This document shows, in pieces, positions 38,233 through 52,028 of a stretch of DNA of 64,000 nucleotides (the first letter of the stretch is position 1; each line of letters starts with the position of its first letter). The stretch is from positions 48,298,001 through 48,362,000 of the forward strand of contig OX597833.1 in the NCBI GenBank assembly GCA_951406725.2. The letters are read 5' to 3'. Position numbers and translations under genes: made by a program. The notes under the pieces were generated by a model that was not told the origin of the DNA, ran no database searches, and was given only the letters and a program-made list of their open reading frames with translations. The DNA is from Octopus vulgaris (taxonomy: Eukaryota).

Positions 38233-40269
38233 CTTGTCAATTGTCTGGTCCCGGTTTTGCACACGCATTCGCGCGCGCGCGCGTCAGACGTAGGTACTCG
38301 ATATCGAGATCCTACGAGGTGACGCATGCGCGTGCAGAATTCGCGCGTGCGTTAACCAAAAAAAAGGTGTTGGATTTCACTAAAAATATATGTGTGTGTG
38401 TGTGTATATATAACATTTTCAATTTTACACAAAAAATTACATAGTCGCTTTTCGCGGATTTACAGAAAATGAATTAATTACTATTTTACAGAATAAAATT
38501 AATGAATTAATTATATAAATTAAATAATTCTTGAAAATTAATTAATATTAATAATATTTTTGAACAAAGTAAATAATTTATAAAACTTGGTTAATAATTT
38601 TTTTACACAAACGCGAACGTATATAATTTGTGAAACTTTTTTTTTTTACAGACGTATATAATTTGGTAAACTTAATGAATTAATTTCTTCTCATCATCAT
38701 CATCGTTTAACGTCCGTTTCATGCCAGCATGGGTTGGACGGTTCGACCGGATCTGGAGCGAAGGCTGCACAGACTCAGTCTTATCTGGCAATGTTTCTAC
38801 AGCTGGATGCCCTTCCTAACGCCAACCACTCCGAGAGTGAGTGGCTGCTTTTACACCGCACGGTGCCAGGCGAGGCTGGCAGCCACGTCGGATTGGTCGT
38901 CAGGCGCTCTGGATCGGCCACGATCGGATAGTGCTTTTACGTACCACCAGTCAGGGTCTGCATTTGCCGGGTGCCACACTTGCCCCAACATGTCTTCGCA
39001 GCAAAGGGGTTAGCATGGGTGCCTGTCGTGGGATGAGGTTCGATATCAACTTCGCTTGCTCAACAGGTCTTTGTGTATAAATGTATAAATTTTTCGCACT
39101 AAATTCTTTCCGTAGAATTTATCAAAAAACGCAAAATTTCCGTAGACTTTATCAAATTAAAAAACGCAAAATTAATATATTTTTTGAAATTGCAAATTAT
39201 TTAGAATATAAAACAAATTAAGTTAAATTTTAAAAATAAATGTCATATACTTATACTCTGTAAATTGAAACAATTTTTCTCAATCTCCATTTAAAAGTCC
39301 ATAATACCTCTTGAGCCATATCAAAATGAACAACTTCAAAGTTGTTCATTTTGATATGGCTCAAGAGTATTATGGACTTTTAAATGGAGATTGAAAAATT
39401 GTTTCAATTAGAAAAGCAACATTTCTAGAAAATAGTAAATTGAAGTGTGAACACAGCCACAATATAAGTATATGACATTTATTTTAAAATTTAACTTAAT
39501 TTGTTTTATATTCTAAATAATTTGCAATTTCAAAAATATATTAATTTGCGTAATTTGATAAGTCTACGATAATTTTGCGCGTTTTTGATAAATTCTACGG
39601 AAATTTAGTGCGAAAAATTTATACTATACACAAAGACCTGTTGAGGCAAATGAACCTCATCCACGACTGCACCCTTAAACATGTTGGGGCAAGTGCACCC
39701 GTGCCGGACCTGATCGTGGCCGATGCCAACAATCGGCCTGCATTGCCAGCTATATGTAAAGCAGCCCTTCTCGGAGTGTTGGCGTTAGAAGGGCATCCAC
39801 TAGAATTGCATGATGATCTGTGCATTTCTTCCCATCCCGGTCAACGTCCAACCCATGCTGGCATGACGGACGTTACGATGATGATGATGATAATTCATTA
39901 AGTTACCAAATTATATACGTCTGTAAAAAAAGTTTCACAAATTATATACGTTCGCGTTTGTGTAAAAAAATTATTAACCAAGTTTTATAAATTATTTACT
40001 TTGTTCAAAAAATATTATTAATATTAATTAATTTTCAATATTTAATTTATATAATTAATTCATTAATTTTATTCTGAAAATAGTAATAATTCATTTCTCT
40101 TAAATCCCGGAAACGACATAAAATTGAAAATGTTATATATGAAATCCAACACCTTTTTTTTAGGGGGGGTTTGCACGCGGAATTCTGCACTGCGCTGCGC
40201 AAGTCCCTCGTAGTCGAGTATCAGTATCTGACGCGCGCGCGCGCGCGTTCGCTAACCGACGATTGAAAG
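38233..40269. repeat. ~2 kb palindrome (long inverted repeat) with a 2-nt loop at 39337-39338
   Basis: Centre reads ...ctcttgagccatatcaaaatgaacaactt-ca-aagttgttcattttgatatggctcaagag...; reverse-complement similarity can be followed out to the (GC)n tracts at ~38270 and ~40235. Confidence 0.92.
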
Positions 40270-40310
40270 TATATATATACATATATTTGTATATACATAT
40301 ATATTATACT

Positions 40311-40345
<35 letters not shown>

Positions 40346-42109
40346 TATATGTATACACACATATATATGCACTACGTATGTTTGTTTGTATGTATGTTAC
40401 AGCGTGTGTGCGCACATGTAATGCGAGTAGTTGTCTGCTTTTGCAATGCAATTTTTACTTAGTTTTCATGCTATTTCGAAAATACTATTTTACAAAATTC
40501 TTGTCCTTTCTGCTGTTAGAAATGTCACCCGAGGTGGCATCCGTATCTTATACTTGTTGCATGCTTTTTCAACCATTAGAAATAGTCTAAAATTTATGAA
40601 GATTTCGAAATTAGTGCAAGTCTGACAGCACGTAAGCTAGCTAACGTTAGTCAACAATGGAATAACGAAGAATGAGAGGGAGTAGCGAAACTGCGGATCT
40701 TTGCAGAATATTAGTAACGCAAGAGAAATAGTTAAAGGCTAAGAATTAAACTGAAATCGCTGATAACTTGACCAAGAGTTCTGTGATTGCTATTCTCATC
40801 GATGCTGATAATCGTAGAGGGAAGCAAAAATGTATAAATGTGAAACTTAAGCCTTCTTTCATTTCAGAGTAGCGTGTGTAAAGGAAAGAATTGTGAAAGA
40901 CGAGGCCGAATTCGTATTTAAAGCACCAAGAAACTTCAATTTCCGTAGCCAAATGAATAACGAAATATATACAATAATATTTTGAAATTAAGCTAAAGCG
41001 GGTTTGATTGTAAATGAATATGTAAACTGACAATATGTAATAAAGTAACTAAAATGCCAGTGAATGAGAAAGAAATAAACAAATATGAGAACTCACGTTT
41101 AGCAGCACAATATATCCAACAAAGAAAAGTTTCTGAGAATGATGATGATCTCAATAAACAATAAACGTGCTTCTTTTTTACAAATAGTTTCTGTATTCAG
41201 CTTGTGTGTGTATATATCTATACATATATAAACATATATAAGTATATATAATAGATATATAATAGATAATATATACAACGGTTGGTTCTTCAACGGAAAC
41301 AAAACTTATACTAACAATTGAAAGTTGAGTTTAAAAGTTTTGTTTTGACAATAGTTGTTGAAGAATAATGTTGATTGTTTATATATAAGTAGCTGTTGAT
41401 GGTTTCGGAGCTTAACTGTTGCTTTGGAGTCCAATGCAGATAATAAGAATTGAAAGTTTTTTCTCCCAATTTATATTGTAACCAGACGAAAATCCCAAAT
41501 CTATTTTCAGAAAATCCGGTTTCATTGTTTACACACAGTGGACGGCTACAGAAGAAAGACAACTCTTCGTTCATATTTAGACTTAATTGAATCAATGAAT
41601 CATTACACTAATTGCAATAATCGACAAAATATTTTAGTTGGGGGCTTTGTTATGAATGGGAAATTTGCCCTTTTCGGGGATTTGAACACAGAAATTATGA
41701 AGGGACTCCTAACAATATAACACAAAGCATTTTGTTCGTCGCCCTAACAATACGAGCAACGCACCGCTTTGTGAAAAAGTAACGCAACTACTTTTAAACC
41801 CATAGCAGCAGGTGTTTTAAATATGCGTATTCGACTTAAAGAGCGCCTTATATTGTTAAACCCCCACCGAATACTTCGTCTTTATGATTTCAGAATAGTT
41901 AAGGAAAGACAAGTCTATGAAACTGATCAAAGCTATTTCGTCAAAATATTTTTTTTTTAAATCTTTACCTGTGGTTTATAATGTCATGTGCAAGGTAAAC
42001 CGAGCTTTCATATTGTTATGATACTACCGTGTATTTTGCTTTTGAGTTCTCTCTGTGTTAGATAAACGTTGCTTGTAGAACAAAATCCGCGGCACTGCTT
42101 AAATACAAA

Positions 42110-42231
42110 GGTCCCGATGCATCTCCGTAACGATATGTTTTACAGTGCATACTGGTTAGGTTTTGTTTTAAGGTTAGTTAGAGTTTGGGTCAGTTTTAGG
42201 GTTTGTTAAGGTTACAGAAATGCGTCGGGAC
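42110..42231. mobile_element. Small MITE with degenerate TTAGGG-like interior
   Basis: TIR ggtcccgatgcatctccgtaac / gttacagaaatgcgtcgggacc. Confidence 0.6.
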
Positions 42232-43694
42232 CGCTCGATAAATAAAAACAATGAGTTATGACTAGTAACGCAGAAATTGTAGTAAAAAGCATTTTTTTCT
42301 CTGCACCCTATGCATAGTAAGTAAAGCTAATCGAACAGAAAAATATAAATTTTAAAAGCTCTACATTTTGTATGGCATATAACGTCAGAATGGATATTTC
42401 TTATCTAAGTTTTCGAACCTGTCTTTTTCGGCATAATTTCGAAATATAAGGTTGTCCCAAAAGTTCGTAGAAAGTCTTGGAAAATAATGGTCTTTATTTT
42501 GAGGAATAATTTTTGTTGTTTTTGTTAGTACTTGGCGAGTAAAAATTCAATTTTCGCAAGTGTTTACGAACTTTTGGGACAACCTAATAGATGTCTATGG
42601 AGAAGGGGAGAACAAAACAACCACAAAACATTAAAAAAACAACAAACCAGCAACCACGAAACTAACAAAAAACAAAACAACTAATAAAGCTGAACAAAAC
42701 AAAACTCTATTTTCCTTCCTCTTGAAGTGTTGGGTATTTATTCCGAAACTCAGACCCTAATTTCAATATCTTTATGAGACATATTTATATTTCTTTAGTT
42801 AGATTGAGAGGCTCGTAGCTTTGAAATTAGGGCGTTGCTGTCACAATCGCAAGATCGCGGTTTCGATTCCTGGACCAGGCAGTGCATTGTGTTCAGGAGC
42901 AAAACATTTCGTTTCACGTTGCTCCAGTTCACTCAGCTGGCGAAAGTGAGTAAGCCTGCGAAGGACTGGCGTCTCGTCCAGGGGAAATGTTGTGATCTCG
43001 ATCACTTATAAACGCCATGGAAACCGATTAACCGACCCTATGAGTTCAAGAACTCGAGATAAATAATGCCAGTAAAAATGTTTAATTGTATTGCTTGTCT
43101 TGTAACATAAATCATACGTAGAAACACATTCAGACTGAAGAAACTATCGTCACAACTTTATAATTACGAATTGATAAAAAAATAAATGAACTGGAACTCG
43201 TTGTGGATGTGAAAAGAATAATGATTTTACGGGATGGAGGTTAGTCGATGTAATCGATTCTAGCGGTTATCTGATACGTATTTTATCGACCCCCAAAAGG
43301 AATTAAGTGCAGAGATGATCTCGGCGGGATACGAACTCAGAAAGTAAAGAACCGGGAAAATGTCGCCAAGTATTTTGTCCGACACGCTAACGATTGTGCC
43401 AGCTCCCCACTTCTGATAATCTATTTATTTATTTGTATAATCAAAGGCGATGATGTGATTTGGCATTTTTGATCGATATCGTAAAATGCTTAATTGATAG
43501 AAGAAAAACAGTAGTAACCCGTTTAAACGCAGGGGTCCCGAGTCACCGGGCTGCGGGTCAGGATCGGGATGTGGGATCATTTGGTAGCATGCTTCACCGA
43601 AAGAATAAATTTTAAATTTTTATTTTTATTTTATTGATCATTGCAGTCTACTGGTAGTTTTTTTTTTTTTTTTTTTTTTTGCATTATATATGTA

Positions 43695-43974
43695 TGGCAT
43701 TCTTTCGATATAACTCGACAAAATCAAAACATTTCACTTTCGGGTATTTCCGTGGAAGCAGATGACTGTTCGATTCTGTTTTCTGCTTGGAAATTTGCGA
43801 AATTTACATACACCCATGAAACAGGTGAGAATAAATATGCAAGGCTTTTTTTACTCTTCAAGTTTAAAACGAGAGATTTGCTGGCATAATTTCGTTGTAT
43901 CTGTACTCCACAACCCACGGAAATACCCAAAGTGAAATGTTTTGATTTTGTCGAGTTATATCGAAAGAATGCCA
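43695..43974. mobile_element. MITE with ~60-bp near-perfect TIRs, flanked by TATGTA on both sides
   Basis: tatgta|tggcattctttcgatataactcgacaaaatcaaaacatttcactt..gggtatttccgtgg ... reverse complement ...gaatgcca|tatgta. Confidence 0.85.
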
Positions 43975-45166
43975 TATGTATTATTTATGTGATAATTAAA
44001 TTAGATATTATGAATGTTATTGTGTGTTGCTCTGCGTGTGATTCCTCTGATCCGTGGAAAAATTGTCTTGAATGTAACCGAAGGTAATGCCCCATCCCAC
44101 AAAAAAAGGGAAAAAAAGGGGTTGGGATCTTTGGTTTAACTGTTGCAAACGTCGGTTTATATTGACCATAACAATATTAGAAATACAAAGTACAAGAATT
44201 GCAAATAAATAAATATTTATTTCTGATATTGGCGCTGGAGTGGCTGTGTGGTAAGTAGCTTGCTAACCAACCACATGGTTCCGGGTTCAGTTCCACTGCG
44301 TGGCATCTTGGGCAAGTGTCTTCCGCTATAGCCCTGGGCCGACCAATGCCTTGTGAGTGGATTTGGTAGACGGAAACTGAAAGAAGCCTGTCGTATATAT
44401 GTATATATATATATGTGTGTGTGTTTGTGTGTCTGTGTTTGTCCCCCTAGCATTGCATGACAACCGATGCTGGTGTGTTTACGTCCCCGTCACTTAGCGG
44501 TTCGGCAAAAGAGACCGATAGAATAAGTACTCGGCTTACAACGAATAAGTCCCCGGGTCGATTTGCTCGACTAAAGGCGGTGCTCCAGCATGGCCGCAGT
44601 CAAATGAAACAAGTAAAAGAATAAAGAAAAAAGAATTGTTTGGAAACAGGGGTTAGTAAGCAGCACCAACCTCAATATTTGACTGGTGTTTATTTTATCG
44701 ACCTTGATAGGACGAAAGGTAAATTGATTTTGGCAAGATTTGAACTCAGAATATAAAAAATAGGCCGGGAAATAGAGCAAGGCAATTTTTCTGATCCCAC
44801 CCCATCCCGACGGTTTCTTGTCTTTTTACTTAGTAATTTCAAGGGAAACGGGTTGGGTTGATGGCATAGACCCCCCTGCAATTAGTTGGTACTTTATTTT
44901 ATCGATGTCCGAAAAGATAAAAGGTAATGCCGACCTTGGTAGGATTTGAACGCCGAAACAAATGCTACAAAACAACTATGCATCTCCGCCCCATCGTCCA
45001 CCATTCAGCCAAACGATTCAATTACCTCGGCTATTTTGAAAAGTGTTTATTTGAAGTACATGTATTTATGTAAATTTTCACACACACACATGAACACAAA
45101 TATGCCTTAAGTTTAATAATATATGATGTTCGTTCATTCACTTTCTCTTGCATATGATTCAGAAAT

Positions 45167-45596
45167 GGGATCTTTTCGGTTTGACTGGCAGTTTTTTATA
45201 CTAATTTCCACGTAACTAAACACTTTCAAACTTCGTATACTGGTAGAATGTGTTTATAAAACATTTTTTTCTCTTGGCTTTATTGAGAAAATTCTATAGT
45301 TTGTAAGATATTTGTTGTTGTTTTTTTTTCTTCAATTTCTGCAATTTCAACCAATCAGTGACGTCTTTTGAGGGTAAAAAAAAAACATTCTGTGCCGTAT
45401 GAATATGTCCCTCGTTTAAGAAACAGATTGGGTTTATTTACATTTGTGAAGAAAATAAGATACCGTTCCCCCCACTCCTAACCCTAACCCTAAAACAGAT
45501 AGAAATGCAATAGATCGATACTAGGGTCATAATTATGGGTAGCAATTTCATATGACCCCGCTAGAAAAAAACTGCCGTTCAAACCGAAAAGATCCT
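45167..45596. mobile_element. GGGATC-TIR MITE with 6-bp TSD AGAAAT
   Basis: agaaat|gggatc...gatcct|agaaat. Confidence 0.88.
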
Positions 45597-46351
45597 AGAA
45601 ATGTGTCCTAATTATTGCCAAACAGTAAAACCCTGAATCCCATATTACCAAAACAAAAATTAAAAAAAGGAAAGAAAGAAAGAAAAGTAAAAGACATTAG
45701 AATAACTGTACATATCTTTATTCAACACAGTTGTTTATAATTACTTAGATAAAAACCCAGAAATACTTTCGTTTTCTCAGAAAGAAATGTTCATTTCTAC
45801 TAAAGAAGGCTTTCTAAGAATTCCTGGCTACCGCCTTCTGTGTGAACTGTTATATCCTTGAATGCATTAGTACTTGTCCCGTTATTAAGGCGGCGAGCTG
45901 GCAGAAACGTTAGCAAGCCGGGCGAAGTGCGTTGCCGTATTTCGTCTGCCGTTACGTTCCGAGTTCAAATTCCGCCGAGGTCGACTTTGCCTTTCATCCT
46001 TCCGGGGTCGATAAATTAAGTACCAGTTACGCACTGGGGGTCGATGTAATCGACTTAATCCGTTTGTCTGTCCTTGTTTGTCTTCTCTGTGTTTAGCCCC
46101 TTGTGGGCAATAAAGAAATATATTAAGGCATTATGGCATTTAATTAACGCTGTTTAATGTGTCCACGTGCATGCATGAGAATTTCTAAAATTAAAGATTC
46201 GTTATTCTGCTCATTATAGATGCGCCCGCTGTGGTTCATTCGTATAAATTGCCATTCGCGCGTATTGTAAAACAATAGCAAGCAAAAGCGGTGGAGGTAA
46301 AGAATACGTACACCACCCGTTTTCGGCGTAACGAAAACCCTAACCCTAACC

Positions 46352-46571
46352 CAGTGCTTTTCAAACGTTTTGCTGGAGCGGAACCCCAAGAAAAACATTC
46401 CACTGGCTCGAGGAACCCCTGTGCAATAATTTAATAGTCGTATGCACACATATCTGCACAGGAGAATTAAAAATTACTGCCGATTTTAGCAGTTTTGTAA
46501 CTTCTTGCGGAACCCCTGGACTGTACTGGCGGAACCCTAAGGTTCCGCGGAATCCTGGTTGAAAACCACTG
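46352..46571. mobile_element. hAT-type MITE with 8-bp TSD, nested in another TIR element (~46289-46622)
   Basis: ccctaacc|cagtgcttttcaa...gttgaaaaccactg|ccttaacc; host TIRs gaggtaaagaatacgtacacc / ggtgtgcgtattgtttaccttc. Confidence 0.7.
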
Positions 46572-49500
46572 CCTTAACCCCTAATCTTAAACATCGGGTG
46601 TGCGTATTGTTTACCTTCGCCTGCAAAAGGTACCCTAATCGGTTCTGAATGACAGTACCACCTGCTAGAGATCGCTTATCTTTTACTTGTTTCAGTTATT
46701 GGACAGCGGCCATGCTGGAGCACTGTATTGAACAGTTTAGTACAGTGGTTCTCAACCGGGGTCCATATAAGATTTTTGGGGGTCAACGCAACAAAATAAA
46801 TTGGGAATCCGCTATAGTATTTTAAGGGTCCCTGGAAAACTTTTGCTTTAGATGTATTAATTAGTACGTGTTGCACGAAAAAGCTAGGTTTCTTTCTCTA
46901 ACAGTTTACATATGCAAGTGGAGGCACATGACCTAGTGGTTAGAGGGATCGCGAGTTCGAATCTCAGACCGGGCGATGTGTGTGTGTTTATGAGCGAAAC
47001 ACCTAAGTTCCATGCTGCTCCGGCAGAAAGTAATGGCGAACGTCTACTGACTCTTTCGTCACAACGTTCTCTCATAAATGGCGGTGCCCCAGCATGGCCA
47101 CAGCTCGTGAGCTGAAACTAGATGAAATAAAAAATAAATAAAGTTAATGTGTGAAAAGCAAAAGAGGACTTCTGACAGTAGTAGTATCTATAAAACTATG
47201 TAGTTTTTAAACATCGAATGGCTATGGGAGTCCACCATAATAAAATAGTAATCTGTGTGGCCTTTGGTATCTTTGATAGTATTAGAACTAGTTCATTGAT
47301 TAAGGTATTATGGCATTTAATTAACATTTACTCTTTTACTTGTTTCAGTCAGTTGACTGCGGCCATGCTGGAGCACCGCCTTTAGTCGAGCAACTCGACC
47401 CCGGGACTTATTCTTTGTAGGCCCAGTACTTATTCTATCGGTCTCTTTTGCCGAACCGCTAGTTGACGGCGACATAAACACACCAGCATCGGTTGTCAAG
47501 CAATGCTAGGGGACAAACACAGACACACAAACATACACGCACACTGTTTAATTTCTCCACGTGCACAGGTAAAACAAAAGAGAAAAATGGTTGTGAACCT
47601 CTGGGATAGTCGAACAAACCAACCTCTACGTCTGTCGGTTACTTTTACAGAACCGCTAAGTTATGGGGGCGTAAACAAACGAACACCGGTTGTCAAGCGG
47701 TGGAGGAGACGAACACAAACACGAAGAAACGGTGCGCACGCACACACACAGACACGATATAAAAGTAGTTCATAGTAGACTAGTAAGCTAATAAGACATG
47801 TTTCCCGGATTCTGTGACGTAAATATTCCCCCCTGGGACGAGACGCTGTTCCGTCGCAGGAACACTCACTTTTGCTGCCGAGTTGAATGGAGCAACGTGA
47901 AATTAAGTGTTTTCCTAAAGAACACAACGCAACGCTCCGTTCAAGAATCGAAACCACAATCTAACGTTTGTTAGTGCAACACCCTAAACCACTGAGCCAC
48001 GCTCCTCTACGTTGATCAGAATTACACAATAAATGTTACTTAGCATCAATTTTACTAGTAGTTATGTTCGTATTTTTGCGAAAAGTCCTACTTAAGGTTG
48101 GATGACCAACACACACAGACTCTCATACACACGAACTTACACGCACACACACACAAACATACACACACATACACACACTCACGATATAAAAGTAGTTCAT
48201 ACGAAGTTATTAACGACAGAATAAGTGGGAATTAAATGAATGCACATGATCATGTGTGCATGATTCAACACTTAAAGATCTTTTCTGTTAGGCTGCACCT
48301 GGGGAAATTTTATAGTTTTATAGTTGGTATATTAATGTAATTTTCCACGCTGAATCTCAGGAGGTAATTCACCTTTTCCCAGGGTTAAAAACAAAAACAA
48401 ACAAACAAAAAAAAAGGTACAGAGATTTAAAGTTTGGCAAATTTTACCCAGTCAGAAAACAGGATTTGGAAGTTGTCATTTTGTGCGTGACTTGCACGTG
48501 TTGTCAATTGTAACCAAATGAAGTATTGGCGGAATTCTGCTTTGCGCATGCCATATAACCCCTCGTAACTTTTTTATTTTTTGGAATTTTCAAAAAATTC
48601 TTGCCATTTTGTATTCTACACACAGGAGTTTATACGATTATGCAAATAAATAAGTAAATAAAATTGTGATTGATTTAAAGTCTATTTAGCTGTTATTTTT
48701 TTAACATCTCATTTCGCATTTGTTATAAGCATTTAATAAGCGACAAAAAGAACACGTGGTTAGCAGCCTGGTAACAGTTTGGCTTGTTACTCTGGAATGT
48801 TGCTTTCCATTGGCTAAAATTACTCAAAATTCGAAAACTTTAAAAGTTATTAACTCTTTTTTTTTTAATATTTATCCACCCTTTTCAAGCCTAACCTGGC
48901 TCATGGGCCCGGTTTCCCGGTTTTTGTGGCGTATGTGTTCCCTCACCCCAGCTGGACGGGACGCAAGTCCATCGCAGCATTACTCAAGAAAGAGTGAGAG
49001 AAAGTTGGGGTCGCCACCACCCCCTGCCGGAGCTTCGTGGAGCTTTAGCTGTTTTCACTCAATAAACACACACACCACCTGGTCTGGGAATCGAAACCGC
49101 GATCCTCCGACCGCGAGTCCGGTGCCCTAACCACTGGGCCATTGCGCATCCACGATTAACTCTTTACTTATTGATTTATAGCGAACATGAATTTCATGTA
49201 AATGATTACTTTACAAAACTACACCAGAAGACCCAATATGAAATTAATCGGAACAAAAATTGAAGAAATTGAAAAATGACAGCCTAACAAAAGACCCTAA
49301 TCTTGGTGCCATGAGATCCCGTCGTAATGTATGGTGAGAAGTTTGCTTCACAACCACTTGGTTCAGGGTTCGGTCCCGGTACGTGTCACCTCAGGCTGAT
49401 CAAAGCCTTGTAAGTGGATTTGCTTGACGGAAACTGAGAGAAGCCCGTGTGTGTGAATACAGATCCTCACACATATGACGGGATCTCATGTGATTTCCGT

Positions 49501-50964
49501 TTGCGAAATTCGTTCACTAGCTACTGATCGACCCCGGGCTATAGTAGAAGACACTTGCCCAAGGTGCCGCGCAGTGGGACTGAAACCAAATCCACTTGGT
49601 TGAAACTAAATCAACTTCTTAACCACAAATCTATGCCTCCCCAAAAAAAGTTTAAAAAATTAAAAAATTAAAAAAAAGAAAAGAGAAGAAAATGTGTGAT
49701 TTGGTCGCTTTTGTTCGCTAGGTCAACGTTAAGCTGAAACCAGAGAAGCTACAACAGGATGTTTTATTTTCAGCTAGAAAACTAGTGCTTTAATTCTTTG
49801 ACAACTTAACTGTCGTCTGAATTCTAATTTCTATTAAGCTTATCTAAAATTCCGAGATTGTCTCTGCCATTCTACACCAGAATTCAAAATGGAGGATCAG
49901 AGGCACTTTATGAATCGTCTATAATATATTAAAAATGAACATCAATCTTGCCTGCTTGTTTGCAATGTTGCACAGCCAAACTGGCGTGTAATGGAACAAT
50001 ACTTTGAAAATAAAGTGACCCTGAAGTGTGAAGACAAACAGAATAAAACAAGTTTCGCGTATGTCGGACCAGTGATTATTGAGATATTCGGAGTTTTGGG
50101 GGCATAAATACCCAAAACGGTGCATTATGGGAAAATACCCCAAAAATAACTTAACCCTGAAAGGGAAGAACCTCTAACGTTTCCATTAGACACATTATGA
50201 TGGGTAAAATATTTTAAAGTGAAAATGACTTTAATAGTACGAAAATATTTCGTAAAAGACCCATTCGTAACCTCGGTGTCAAATAGTTTTTTTCCTATAG
50301 TTTTCTTTCGAGTTCATTCAACGTATCTCACCTCCAAAGATTTGGCTACTATTTCTAGCACGCCCTGCTACCACGCAACAGCTATTGGCGATAAAGGACC
50401 TGAAATACCTGTTATGTCGTAGCAGGGCGTGCAAGAAATACCAGCCAAATCTTCCTTTCTGGGGAAAGGTGCCATTTACGCGTGTTTTCGATGTCACATT
50501 CGTTGAAAGCATGAGAAATAACCTGGAAGAGAAAACAAAAACCTACGAAACAAAACTCCGTTGCTGGGGAAATTCAGACTTTCCCGGTGATCCTACGGGA
50601 TACAGGTAGACTAGTAAGCTAGTCTAACGTTTGTTAGTGCAACACCCCAAACCACTGAGCCACGCTCCTCTACATTGATCAGAATTACACAATAAATGTT
50701 ACTCAACATCATTTTCACTAGTAGTTATTTTCGTATTTTTGCGAAAAGTCCGACTTAAGGTTGGAAGACCAACACACACACACTCTCATACACACAAACT
50801 TACACGCACACAGAAACACACACGCACGCAGGCACACACACATACCCACGTAAATACATACGCACATGCAGGCAAATGCCACATTATAGAATTTCCCGTT
50901 GTGTATGTTATATATATATGTACACACACACACACATACGTACATATATTTATATATATGTATA

Positions 50965-51028
<64 letters not shown>

Positions 51029-51030
<2 letters not shown>

Positions 51031-51309
51031 ATCTTTTCCTTTTGAACGGCAGACAATTTCTAGTATACGTACGGAAAGCGTGTGTATAAAATTATAGAAT
51101 TATTTTGTTTGTTAATTGTTTAATCGATTGGTTAAAATTGCCGAAATGCTCGGATTTTCAGACGAAATATCTTACAAACTATAGAAGTTTCTCAATAAAA
51201 CCAAGAGAAAATGATGTTTTATAAACACCTTCTACCAGTATATGAAGTTTAAAACTTTTTAGTTACCTAGAAATTATGTTACAAACTGCCGTTCAAAAGG
51301 AAAAGATCC
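51029..51309. mobile_element. GGATC-TIR MITE subfamily
   Basis: ggatcttttccttttgaacggcag / ctgccgttcaaaaggaaaagatcc, with co-varying TIR substitutions. Confidence 0.8.
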
Positions 51310-51471
51310 ACACACACACACACACACATATATATAACAATTGCAGCGTGGAAGGTGTTTATAAGCCATTTAAGAAACACGCAAAACCGTTAGATTCACT
51401 TCAACATTTAAATTTAATTGTCAAAATATTTTCGTCGCTTTGAGACCGCGACTGACAAAGCTTCGTGCTGC

Positions 51472-51563
<92 letters not shown>

Positions 51564-51764
51564 CGAGGGTGTATAGAATATATATTATATACACCATCAC
51601 GTTTCGGAAGTAACTGGTCCACAAATTTGCCTTAACGCGATATCTAACATTGGAAAATCCTGTCATGTGTCATTAACTTTCTCAAAGGTTTCCATTTTAT
51701 AAATAGACAAAGCGTTCTCACAGTTTACTTTTCGCAAAAATAAATAAATAAAATAAAAGAGAGA

Positions 51765-51849
<85 letters not shown>

Positions 51850-52028
51850 CCTAGCAGACTTTAAATAAAGTAACAACGAAAAGCAAGCAGCACATTTATT
51901 ATGCATGAAATCAATTTCTATAAATCCTACATATTTATGTATGCATAAAAACTTTTGAAATGAAATACGTTAGGTTATGAATATGAATCGCTGAAGTATA
52001 CGTTCATAACACAAAAGTATACGTATAC

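Noticed and set aside
35883-38444. Many 100-230 aa ORFs rich in YI/CV/HT
   Set aside because: Stop-free translations of (TA)n/(CA)n microsatellites
39300-39375. Palindrome centre as a protelomerase/hairpin-telomere site
   Set aside because: No viral or plasmid genes nearby, and the arms contain host retroelement sequence
45476-45494. CCCTAA telomere-like repeats
   Set aside because: Only 2-3 units and internal to a MITE; not a telomere or fusion site
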